Source of the DNA: an uncultured delta proteobacterium
Lineage (GTDB): Bacteria > Desulfobacterota > Desulfobacteria > Desulfobacterales > JAHEIW01
Reading direction: 5' to 3'
NCBI GenBank assembly: GCA_963706575.1
Contig: CAVPNL010000018.1
Location: 1 to 64,000 of the forward strand
Length of the DNA stretch: 64,000 nucleotides
Position 1 is the first letter of the stretch; each line of letters begins with the position of its first letter. Below, piece by piece: positions 52,726 to 61,843 of this stretch. The notes under the pieces were generated by a model. It was not told the origin of the DNA, did not search any database, and saw only the letters and a program-made list of their open reading frames with translations. Made by a program: the position numbers and the translations under genes.

Positions 52726-54123
52726 TTACGCCTGCTCTGCTCTGCTTTGTTTTTCAAGAGCATCTACCTTTCTAACGTAAGCCTGAATATCACATTTGCG
52801 CTCAAGTCCGGAGGCGGCCATGTAACGGACCTTGCCGAAAATGGGCCGCTCGAACCAGGCTCGGTCGTGAACCCCGAAGACCCAGGCCACCCCGGTGTAT
52901 GAGTTGGCATCGCGGCCGTCGAGAAAATATTTGTTGTTGATGGCCAGGGTGGTTTTAAAGGCCTGCTCAGGGGTCTGAGACCATTCCAGAATTTTTTTGC
53001 CCCAGTACATACGCATGTAATTGTGCATGAACCCCGTGAACCGCATCTCCCGCATAGCCGCATTCCAGTAATCATCGTGGGTCCGTGAATTTTCAAGCTG
53101 CCGGCGGGTATAACGATATTCACGCCGGTCTTTTTTATGTTCGGCCAATGTCTTTTGCGCCCATGCCGGCAGACAGGTATAGGCGTCATAGTCCGGTGTA
53201 TAGAAAACAAAATTCATGGCCAGCTCACGCCGCACAATCAATTCTTCCAGATATGCCTCGCTGGCTTCCTTGAAACGCTTATCCGTTTTCAGTACTTGTA
53301 AAGCCAGATATAGCGGGGAAATTTGACCGAAGTGCAAATAATTGCTCATATGGGAGACATCATCGGTCTGAGGCTGGTTGCGGTTTGCGACATATTGCTC
53401 AAATCGGTGGCGTAAAAATTTTTGAAATATTTTTTTGGCCCTGGAAGTACCGCCCGTGAAGAATTCCGACACCGGCAGAACGCCTTTACTAAGGGACAGC
53501 TTCTTTGCAACGGCTTTTATGTCACTTAGATCGAGCCCGCTTACCCGCGTCTTTAGAGAAGGCTTTTTTATTTTGGTCGGTTTAAATTCAATAAGGTAAT
53601 CTTTGAGGCATTTATTAATTTTAGGGCGAATGGTGCGGGCCGCGTATTCGGCCTTGCTGGAGACCACTTCGAGCGGCACAACCACATCGCTTTCGATCTG
53701 AACCACCCTGCAGCCGGCGTTTCGGGCGACTGTTTTGCGCCACTGTCTTTGATGCTGGAGGTAACCGCGATCGCACACGATCAGGGATGCCTTGCGGCCG
53801 GCTGAAAGTGCAACGTCAGCCGGGTTTCCCTTTTGAACCACCATCTTGATGCCGCGCTTGGCAAGTGCGGTCTGGGTCTCCTGAAGTCCCTCCAGCATGA
53901 AGGTGTAATGGCGCAAATTGGCTTCCGGATAATCGTCCATCAGCCCGAAGACGACGACAACCCCCTGCCCCATTTTATTCGCCTGTTGAACCGCATATTC
54001 CAGGGCGTGGTTGTATTCTGCCCGTTGGGACTGCTGCATCCAATAGAGCACATAAGTGCCACGACGGAGATCAAGGCCATTTAGAATTTGAATGCGTGAA
54101 TGGTGGATGTCCTTAAGATTCAT
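52726..54123 (-). CDS. phrB: Class II CPD DNA photolyase
   Basis: VLYWM, EYAARTIRPKI, YLHFGQIS, EELIVRREL, GFMHNYMRMYWGKKILEW, LDGRD. Confidence 0.93.
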   Translation of the reverse strand: MNLKDIHHSRIQILNGLDLRRGTYVLYWMQQSQRAEYNHALEYAVQQANKMGQGVVVVFGLMDDYPEANLRHYTFMLEGLQETQTALAKRGIKMVVQKGNPADVALSAGRKASLIVCDRGYLQHQRQWRKTVARNAGCRVVQIESDVVVPLEVVSSKAEYAARTIRPKINKCLKDYLIEFKPTKIKKPSLKTRVSGLDLSDIKAVAKKLSLSKGVLPVSEFFTGGTSRAKKIFQKFLRHRFEQYVANRNQPQTDDVSHMSNYLHFGQISPLYLALQVLKTDKRFKEASEAYLEELIVRRELAMNFVFYTPDYDAYTCLPAWAQKTLAEHKKDRREYRYTRRQLENSRTHDDYWNAAMREMRFTGFMHNYMRMYWGKKILEWSQTPEQAFKTTLAINNKYFLDGRDANSYTGVAWVFGVHDRAWFERPIFGKVRYMAASGLERKCDIQAYVRKVDALEKQSRAEQA

Positions 54124-54152
54124 ATGGTCGCCGCTGATCGCCCCGGACGTGC

Positions 54153-55652
54153 TTATTTTTTTGATGCCGCATCGAGTTTCTTTTGCAGCTTCAGCCAGTC
54201 GTTAAGCTCCAGCAGTGTCTTGGATAGATTATACCGGCCGTCGGCAAATACGCCGTAATCGCCCCCGCCGCCCATTGATGAAGCAAATCGAATCGTATTG
54301 GAGTAGAACAGCCAGGTTTCGCTCCACTTCCTTTCAATGGCTTCATCATAGGGGCTCTCCTCTCTGTCTGCTAAACCGAGCTTCCAGATATCTTCCATGA
54401 TCCGGGTGGCAGCCAGCGTCTTGGCATTGGTCTCTGCGATGGCGTTTTCAAAGCGTTGCCAGTGGGCATTGACCCATGACGTATCATGGCAATTCAGACA
54501 GGCGGCTTGCATCGCCTGCCTGCGGGTGTCCTTTTCTTTTTCATCGATCAGGAATTTCGTGGCCAGGCCGCCTGCAAAATCGGTCGGCAGCGGCAATCCG
54601 TCTTTGTTACGGATAATGCTGGTATTCGGCTCGGCAGGATGCGGATGAGCATAGATCAACCCCAGTATACGCCACGGCAGTCGATTGTTCATCTGATGGG
54701 TCCGTTCAACCACCACCTCCTCATCGGCGTTGGCCAGCAAGCTGACGTGACAGGTGGCGCAGGTGGGGGCCGTAAAATCTTTGCCGATGGTCCACGGCAC
54801 GGCCTTAAAATCCCAGGAGGAATGCTGGGTCGCAAAGATGTTGCCGTGTTTGCTGGCGGCATAGACTTTGAACGCGGGCACATCGGGTCCCACATGACAC
54901 TCTTTGCAGGTGTATGGCTTGCGGGCCATTTCGATCGAAAAAGCGTGACGGGTATGGCAGGCCGAACAGGCTCCTAAACTGCCGTCCAAATTTATGCGCC
55001 CCACGCCCTGATTGGGCCAGCCTTTAATGATCGGAAATTCCAACTCACCGGCGGCTTCAGTATCTCGGGTTTCATACCCGTTAAGCTCGAGTTTGGTGCC
55101 GTGGCAGTAATAGCAGGCTTCGGCTTTGGTGGCATCGTTGGACGGCGCCAATTTTAACTCTCCGTTTTGGTATTTTGTAGCTGCCAGAATGCTATGTTCA
55201 TACTTTTGATGGAGTTTATTATCGGCTAGATTGCCATAGGCATAGGCCATGATATTTTTGGAATATTGCTGCCTTTCGGTCGCATGACACGTTTGGCAAT
55301 CATCGGGGCTGACCACCACATGAATGTCATAGCCGTTGTGATCAAACGTATCCGCATGCGCTTTGGGCCGCAACGTGTGGCACTCGGCGCATCCCACCAC
55401 TACATTTTGCAACCTTTCAGGAACCGATTTGCTGGAAACTTTGCGGGCAATGCCTTCCACCGCCATAGCTTTTTGGGGAGTGACCACGGCGTGACGGCTC
55501 TTTTGCCAGTCATTGACAATACCCGGATGAATTGAAGCATGGCAATCGATACATTCAGCCGTTGCATCACTGATCGCTACTTCTGCCGCTATTGCGGTTG
55601 CAGCACCGAAAAAACCAACCAAAATCAAAATTATCATGGTTCTAATCTTCAT
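54153..55652 (-). CDS. Octaheme cytochrome c, hydroxylamine oxidoreductase family
   Basis: Signal peptide and eight CxxCH motifs; GWPNQGVGRINLDGSLGACSACH, SKHG. Confidence 0.88.
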   Translation of the reverse strand: MKIRTMIILILVGFFGAATAIAAEVAISDATAECIDCHASIHPGIVNDWQKSRHAVVTPQKAMAVEGIARKVSSKSVPERLQNVVVGCAECHTLRPKAHADTFDHNGYDIHVVVSPDDCQTCHATERQQYSKNIMAYAYGNLADNKLHQKYEHSILAATKYQNGELKLAPSNDATKAEACYYCHGTKLELNGYETRDTEAAGELEFPIIKGWPNQGVGRINLDGSLGACSACHTRHAFSIEMARKPYTCKECHVGPDVPAFKVYAASKHGNIFATQHSSWDFKAVPWTIGKDFTAPTCATCHVSLLANADEEVVVERTHQMNNRLPWRILGLIYAHPHPAEPNTSIIRNKDGLPLPTDFAGGLATKFLIDEKEKDTRRQAMQAACLNCHDTSWVNAHWQRFENAIAETNAKTLAATRIMEDIWKLGLADREESPYDEAIERKWSETWLFYSNTIRFASSMGGGGDYGVFADGRYNLSKTLLELNDWLKLQKKLDAASKK

Positions 55653-55746
55653 ATTCAACTCCTGTAAAAAGCGTTAAGGTCGAGAATCCTTTTTTAGCGC
55701 ATTGGTTCCGGTTGCACAATTAAAATTTATCCAATCATCAACCGTC

Positions 55747-56613
55747 TTACGGCCGATTCGTCAAGTATACACCGGCAGACACCAGCAGGGTCCCGATCAA
55801 CAGGGAAAGGGTCAGCGGCTCTCCTAAGATCAGAAAAGCCAGCAAGATGGCACTGATGGGCACAAAGTTGATGAACAGCCCGGCCTTGGTGGGCCCGATT
55901 TGGTTGATACCTTCATAGAACCAGACAAATCCGAGCACAGTGCCGAAAAAACCCAGATAAAAAATATTCCACCAATCGGAAACCGAATAATAAATACAGT
56001 CTGCCAATCCCTCTCTTAAGGCAGGCACAAAGAGTAAAATAGTGCCGGTGAGTGCACTGTAGGTTACAGATGACAGAGGCGAAAGATCGGCCATAACTGC
56101 TTTTCCCAGCAAGGAAAAAATAACCCAGCTAAGCACGCACAGAAATATATAGAATTCACCCGACCCCAGATTACCCTGTAGGATTTCAAGTAGATTGCCT
56201 CTGGATATGACGATAATGGCCCCGGATACGGATATAACAATTCCCGTAATTTTTAATGAACTTAGCTTTTCTTTAAAAAACATCGCAGAAAAAAGAGCGA
56301 TGAAGATGGGGTTGTTGGCGATGATGATGGCAGCACGACTGGCTTCGATAAGTTTCAGACCTTTAAAAAAAAACAGGTTGTAGCAAAACACACCGGTTAA
56401 TCCGAGAAGAAGGACCGGTAGAATTTGTCTTTTTTTTAAAACTGTAAATTTGCCTTCAGCCTTCCAGGTTAAGAAAACGAGGAACAGGGAGGCGATCGCG
56501 AACCTGAAAAATGCCGCAGAAAAGGGGCCGACATTTTGAGCCAGGCTGCGCCCGGCCACAAATGTCCCGCCCCAGAAAATTGCAGTCAGCAACAATTTTA
56601 AATAAATAAGCAT
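55747..56613 (-). CDS. EamA/DMT family transporter
   Basis: FWGGTF start, about 10 TM helices, two EamA repeats. Confidence 0.92.
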   Translation of the reverse strand: MLIYLKLLLTAIFWGGTFVAGRSLAQNVGPFSAAFFRFAIASLFLVFLTWKAEGKFTVLKKRQILPVLLLGLTGVFCYNLFFFKGLKLIEASRAAIIIANNPIFIALFSAMFFKEKLSSLKITGIVISVSGAIIVISRGNLLEILQGNLGSGEFYIFLCVLSWVIFSLLGKAVMADLSPLSSVTYSALTGTILLFVPALREGLADCIYYSVSDWWNIFYLGFFGTVLGFVWFYEGINQIGPTKAGLFINFVPISAILLAFLILGEPLTLSLLIGTLLVSAGVYLTNRP

Positions 56614-56690
56614 TTCGGTATACGATTCCAGAGAGAGCGAAAATGAGCAGATTAAATTTGTCGGGCAGGTGTGCTAAGGAAAGGCTCAAA

Positions 56691-56716
56691 TACAAAACAC
56701 GAAATACCAAACACTA
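56691..56716 (-). repeat. 7-mer arm of the GTGTTTR family beginning at the DHH stop codon
   Basis: TACAAAA CACGAAA TACCAAA CACTA. Confidence 0.7.
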
Positions 56717-57610
56717 CCTTTCATTATTTTCATTTTTCACCAGGCTATCAATGATTTGCTGGATGGCCTCATCGGCTTCGCCGGCCGATAAGCGCGTTGA
56801 ACCCGCCCCCCGGTGACCGCCGCCGTCAAACTGGGCAAGCATCAAACCGACATTTACGCTGCATTTGGGGTTAAAAATACTGTGCCCCACATTCACCACC
56901 ACCACATCCTTGTTGGGGCCCTCGTAGCGAATCCGCACATTGACAGCCGACTCGGGAAACAATGAATAAACCAGAAATCGATTTCCACCCGGAGGGTTAT
57001 CAAAGGGTCGGAAGTCCGTAATAGACACTTGCTGATTCAGTCGCGTATGTTCTCGTAAAAAATCCACATAGCGGTCATTTTGGGAAACCACTGTTTGACA
57101 GTGCTGCTTTACCTCGGCATTTTTCAAGACCTGATGAATATCAAATTCGCTGAAAAGCTCGACCAGTAGGTTCCAGTATGGTTCGTTGGGTTGTACCTCG
57201 TTTGAAATGGTCAGCGATAAAAGCACGTAAGGATAATTTTCCGGGTGAAGAACTTCGTCCAGGGTTAAGTTGGCCGAATCAATCTTGTCTGCGGCCTGCA
57301 CCAGCTCGCTGTAATCCCGCTGGAAGCTGCTTTGGTAGTATTGAAAAATGATCCCCGCAGCCGACGGCGCAATTCGAAAGGCCCCTTTAAATGGCTTGTC
57401 GATTTGATTGGTGAAGTGATGATCAAACCATAATGCACACCCCTCGCTGTATGGCAAGTTGGCAACAATGTCCTCGTTTTGGATCTGGACCCGGCCTTTT
57501 TGCACATCATTGGGTTCAACCCAGACGACAGGCTCTTTAATATCCAGTGCCTCATAAAGCAGAACCGCACAAACGATGCCGTCAAAATCCGGTCGCGTAA
57601 CAATACGCAT
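56714..57610 (-). CDS. DHH-superfamily phosphoesterase (nanoRNase/exopolyphosphatase-like)
   Basis: TRPDFDG, FDHH, GGGHRGAG. Confidence 0.88.
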   Translation of the reverse strand: MRIVTRPDFDGIVCAVLLYEALDIKEPVVWVEPNDVQKGRVQIQNEDIVANLPYSEGCALWFDHHFTNQIDKPFKGAFRIAPSAAGIIFQYYQSSFQRDYSELVQAADKIDSANLTLDEVLHPENYPYVLLSLTISNEVQPNEPYWNLLVELFSEFDIHQVLKNAEVKQHCQTVVSQNDRYVDFLREHTRLNQQVSITDFRPFDNPPGGNRFLVYSLFPESAVNVRIRYEGPNKDVVVVNVGHSIFNPKCSVNVGLMLAQFDGGGHRGAGSTRLSAGEADEAIQQIIDSLVKNENNER

Positions 57611-57633
57611 TGAACTACCCCACACTAAATTTT

Positions 57634-57770
57634 CCTAAAATGAGCGTTTCAAATTTTAAAAAGGGTTTTTGTAATAAATTTTAGGTATCACCTAAAATGA
57701 TCGTTTCAAATTTCAAAAAGGGTATTGATGTTTTGGAATGCTTATCTTAACCTAAGTCGAGCGTTCCAAA
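57634..57770 (+). repeat. Three tandem copies of the CCTAAAWTGAGCGTTTCAAA motif (periods 57 and 60 nt)
   Basis: Copies start at 57634, 57691, 57751; the first two match at 31/33 nt. Confidence 0.8.
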
Positions 57771-57818
57771 CTAAAACTATAGCCATAATGTTTTCAAATT
57801 ACAAGGAGGATGAGAGCA

Positions 57819-58280
57819 ATGGCACTTTATCTTATTCAACATGGTAAAAGCCTGTCGAAGGACCAGGATCCGGATCAGGGGCTGTCTGCGGAAGGAATTG
57901 CAGAAACCGAGCGGATTGCCAAGCTAGCCAAAGACGCTGGTGTTGCAGTTTCTCAAATAAGACATAGCGTTAAAACCAGAGCCCGTCAGACGGCTGAAAT
58001 ATTCGCCGGAGCTTTAAACCCGAAACAGGGCATCCGGGAGGTCAACGGGATCAAGCCTTTAGACGACGTCGCCGCGTATGCTGCTGATATCGACCCGGCT
58101 GAGGATATTATGCTTGTCGGCCACCTGCCGTTTATGGAACGCATGGCGGCTTTTCTGATAACGGAATCGATTGACAACCCGGTTTTTAAATTTCAAAACA
58201 GCGGAATCGTGTGTCTGGATAAAGACCCCCAAGCGCAAACATGGGTTATCCAATGGGCCCTTATGCCCAAAATCGGATAG
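57819..58280 (+). CDS. sixA: Phosphohistidine phosphatase SixA
   Basis: LYLIQHG, HSVKTRARQTA, LVGHLP; AGGAGG SD. Confidence 0.88.
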   Translation: MALYLIQHGKSLSKDQDPDQGLSAEGIAETERIAKLAKDAGVAVSQIRHSVKTRARQTAEIFAGALNPKQGIREVNGIKPLDDVAAYAADIDPAEDIMLVGHLPFMERMAAFLITESIDNPVFKFQNSGIVCLDKDPQAQTWVIQWALMPKIG

Positions 58281-58295
58281 TTTTGGAGGAGAAAA

Positions 58296-59063
58296 ATGAA
58301 TTTTGAATGTATTCTTTATGACAAAGAACACGGCATGGCGACGATTAAATTGAACCGCCCCGAGGTTTTGAATGCGATGAACAAACAGCTTTGGCAGGAT
58401 TTTAAGGCGGCTTTGGAAGATGCCGGCAACGACCCGCAGGTGAAGGCATTGATTATCACCGGCGAGGGCCGGGCCTTTTCTACCGGAGCCGATTTAAAAG
58501 AATCGAAAACCAGGACCATAGAAGAATATCGCGACTACCTGGTCGAGCTACAGGAAGCCTCCAGGAAGATCATCCGTTTTGAGAAACCGACCATCGCAGC
58601 CATCAATGGATATGCTCTGGGTTCAGGCTACGAATTAGCGCTGGCCTGTGATATTCGCATTGCAGCCGAAGAGGCCCAAATCGGGTCTCCCGAAGCAATG
58701 GTCACATCTTCCATAACCGGTGGCGCTTTTCGATTGATTCAAAACTTAATTGGTCCCGGCAAAGCCAAAGAACTTCTTTTTACCGGCCAGTACATCGATG
58801 GTAAAGAGGCCGAACGCATCGGTTTGGTCAACAAATCCGTTCCGCTCAAGCAATTGGAATCAGCCGCCCGGAAAATGGCCGAGCAAATCGTCGCCAATTC
58901 AGCCATTTCACTCAAAATGATCAAAAAAGGTTTGCAGATGGCCCAGAGTGGAGTAAGTCTCGACGCCCTGATGGATTTTGAAATCGAAGCCTGCCTGACC
59001 TGTGTGTCCACCAAAGAACGTCAGGAATCGTTGCAGGAGTTTGCGGAGCGGAAGAAAAAATAG
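58296..59063 (+). CDS. Enoyl-CoA hydratase/isomerase family protein
   Basis: LNRPEVLNA, AFSTGADL, AAINGYALGSGYELALACD. Confidence 0.93.
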   Translation: MNFECILYDKEHGMATIKLNRPEVLNAMNKQLWQDFKAALEDAGNDPQVKALIITGEGRAFSTGADLKESKTRTIEEYRDYLVELQEASRKIIRFEKPTIAAINGYALGSGYELALACDIRIAAEEAQIGSPEAMVTSSITGGAFRLIQNLIGPGKAKELLFTGQYIDGKEAERIGLVNKSVPLKQLESAARKMAEQIVANSAISLKMIKKGLQMAQSGVSLDALMDFEIEACLTCVSTKERQESLQEFAERKKK

Positions 59064-59101
59064 ATTTAGGTATTAGGTTACCCACTCGGATAGGAGACCC
59101 A

Positions 59102-61250
59102 ATGAGTTTAGAACGCATTTTAAATGCCGAATCGGTTGCCATCATCGGCGCCTCCAAAAATGAAACCAAACGCGGCTATCAGACGATCCGAACCCTGCTG
59201 GAAGAAAAATACGAGGGCAGAATCTATCCGGTCAATCCCAAAGAAAAAAGTATCCTGGGATTTAAATGCTACCCGAGCGTAAGGGATATTGCAGAACCGG
59301 TCGATGTCGCCCTGGTCGCTACCCCGGCAAAAACGCTGCCGTCCGTGCTGGAGGATTGCGGTAAAAAAGGTGTAAATGGGGCGGTCGTGCTGGCCGGCGG
59401 GTTCGGTGAAATCGGATCGGAAGGCCGCATGCTGGAAGATAAAATGGTGGCAGTGGCCAAAAAATATCATATCCGGCTAATCGGTCCCAACACATCCGGC
59501 ATGCTCAATCTCAAAGACAATTTGAACCTGGTGGGTTTAAAAGATGCACCCCGGGGAGATATCGCCCTGCTGACCCAGAGCGGTAATATGGCTCTGACAC
59601 TGATTACCGAAGCAAAAATCAAAAGCCGTAAGGGATTTTCCTATTATGTCGGCGTCGGCAATGAAGCCGATATCAAGTTTCACGAATATCTGGAATTTTT
59701 CCGGCAGGACCCGGACACCCGGGCCATCTTGATGTATGTGGAAGGCATGCGCAACGGTCGTGAATTTTTGCAACAGGCCCAAAAGACGACCCTGGAAAAA
59801 CCGATCATCCTGCTCAAAAGCGGGCGCTCGGCCACCGGGAAGCGATCGGCCGGTTCCCACACCGGCGCCCTGAGCCGGCATATCCGAGGTCGCAAAGGGA
59901 GCTTTTAAACGCGCCGGTATCGTGGTTATTGAAAATTCGGATGAGCTTTTCCCGGCAGCCGAAACCCTTTCAAGCCTGCCGCCCATTAAAAACAACAAGG
60001 TTGCCATCCTGGCGGACGGCGGCGGCCATGCCACCATTGCGGCGGATCTTTTAACCGATCTGGGTGTTGAACTGCCGCAGTTAAGCGAAAAAACCAGAAC
60101 CCGACTGCAAAAAATTCTTCCCGCAGCAGCCTCGGTGCCGAACCCGGTTGATGTGGCCGGCGGTACCGATGCGGATCCATCTGTCTTTGCCGATTGTGCT
60201 GAAATCATTCTCAAAGATCCGAATGTCGGTGGTCTTTTAATCGTCGGCCTTTTCGGCGGTTACGGGATCCGCTTTGCCGAAAGCCTGTCCTTGATGGAAG
60301 AAGATGCCGCCCATCGCATGGGCAAACTGGTTAAAAAAAGAAATAAACCGATTGTGCTCCACAGCCTTTACAATTCCGAAAAACCGCATGCCCTGGATCT
60401 TTTACGATATTACAACATCCCGGTTTATGACTCCCTCGATATTTCAGCGAAATGCATCGCGGTTTTAGCTGAGTACGGCAGTTATCTGGGCGGCTACCAT
60501 GGAAAAATCAGCTTCGAGCTGAATTGGAAAGCCAAAGCCAGGCCCGAAGGCGACAAGATCATTAAAAAGGCCCTGCAGGATGGTCGCCGTGCGCTGCTCG
60601 AATACGAAGCCAAGAAACTGTTTGAAATTCACGGAGCCCCGGTGTCGCAGGATTGTCTGGTGCAGAGCGCCGATGAAGCGGTTCAATGCGCCCTGGATCT
60701 GGGGACGGATGTCGCCATGAAAATTGTCTCCCCTGATATTTTGCACAAAAGCGATGCCGGGGGCGTGCGTATTAAACTTGCCTCTGAAAAAGAGATCCGA
60801 TCCGCCTATCGCGAAATCATGAAAAACAGCAAAAAATATGATGCCAAAGCAGATATTAGAGGCGTTCTGGTTTCCCCCATGGCCGATGAAGGCGTTGAAG
60901 TTATTATCGGCACCAAAATCGACGATCAGTTCGGGCCGGTAATCATGTATGGCCTGGGCGGCGTTATGGTCGAAATCTTAAGGGATGTGGCCTTCCGGGT
61001 ATTGCCGCTTTCGCCCACCGACGCCCGTAAAATGATCGAAGAAACCAGATCCTTTTCGATTTTAGACGGCGCCAGGGGCACGCCAGCGCTGGACAAAAAA
61101 GCGCTGCGCAAACTGTTAATGCTGTGCTCGGACATTGTTGAATCCTATCCTCAAATTGAGGAGATGGATCTGAATCCGGTAATTGTCCATGAAAAGGGGG
61201 TCAGCGTCGTGGATGCGCGCATCATACTGAAGGCAGAAGCCCGCTGGTAG
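59102..61250 (+). CDS. ADP-forming acetate/acyl-CoA ligase (fused alpha-beta), split by a +1 insertion near 59873
   Basis: VAIIGAS, IGPN, SHTGAL, NPVD, HKSDAGGV, EMDLNP; deleting one base gives SHTGALAGISEVAKGAFKRAG and 715 aa. Confidence 0.9.
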
Positions 61251-61258
61251 GTTTGCTT

Positions 61259-61366
61259 GATTGCGGAATTCGGATTGCAGATTGCGGATTGAAATGACAT
61301 ACTCAGCTTTTTGTCCGACAGTTCATTAGTTCTTTAATCCGCAATCCGAAATCTCAAATCCGAAAT
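61259..61366. repeat. Inverted 7-mer arrays (GATTGCG-like x5 / AATCCGM-like x4)
   Basis: GATTGCG GAATTCG GATTGCA GATTGCG GATTGAA ... AATCCGC AATCCGA AATCTCA AATCCGA. Confidence 0.85.
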
Positions 61367-61419
61367 GGATATTGCCCTATTCCTCCAAAACTCCGATATT
61401 GATAAAGGAGAAAAATTAC

Positions 61420-61800
61420 ATGAATGAAAAGATTGTTACCCCAAACGCCCCGCAAGCCATTGGCCCTTATTCCCAGGCAATTCGATTGGGTGATTTTCTC
61501 TTTGTTTCCGGCCAAATTGCAATTGATCCACAGACGGCAAACATCATTGAGGGAGATATTGAAGCGCAGACCGGGCAGGTCTTAAAAAACATAGCGGCCA
61601 TCATCGAAGCCGCCGGTATGTCGCTGCAGGATGTGGTTAAATGCACCTGCTTTTTGAAAGACATGAACGATTTTGTAAAATTCAACGGGGTGTATGAAAG
61701 TTACTTTGGCGAAATTCTACCGGCGCGCGAAACCGTGGAGGTTGCACGACTTCCAAAAGATGTGCTGGTGGAAGTGTCAGCGATTTGCGGCAAACAGTAA
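61420..61800 (+). CDS. ridA: RidA family reactive intermediate deaminase
   Basis: [34 protein letters not shown]. Confidence 0.93.
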   Translation: MNEKIVTPNAPQAIGPYSQAIRLGDFLFVSGQIAIDPQTANIIEGDIEAQTGQVLKNIAAIIEAAGMSLQDVVKCTCFLKDMNDFVKFNGVYESYFGEILPARETVEVARLPKDVLVEVSAICGKQ

Positions 61801-61843
61801 GCAACCCAACAGAACATATAAATGCTTGGGCAGGCTTGGATTT

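Noticed and set aside
57634..57770. CRISPR array
   Set aside because: Only two short spacers, a degenerate third repeat, no cas genes, and the unit is dispersed singly elsewhere in the window.
22458..59873. Programmed frameshifting or phase variation in the split genes
   Set aside because: No slippery heptamers or homopolymer/SSR tracts at the break points.
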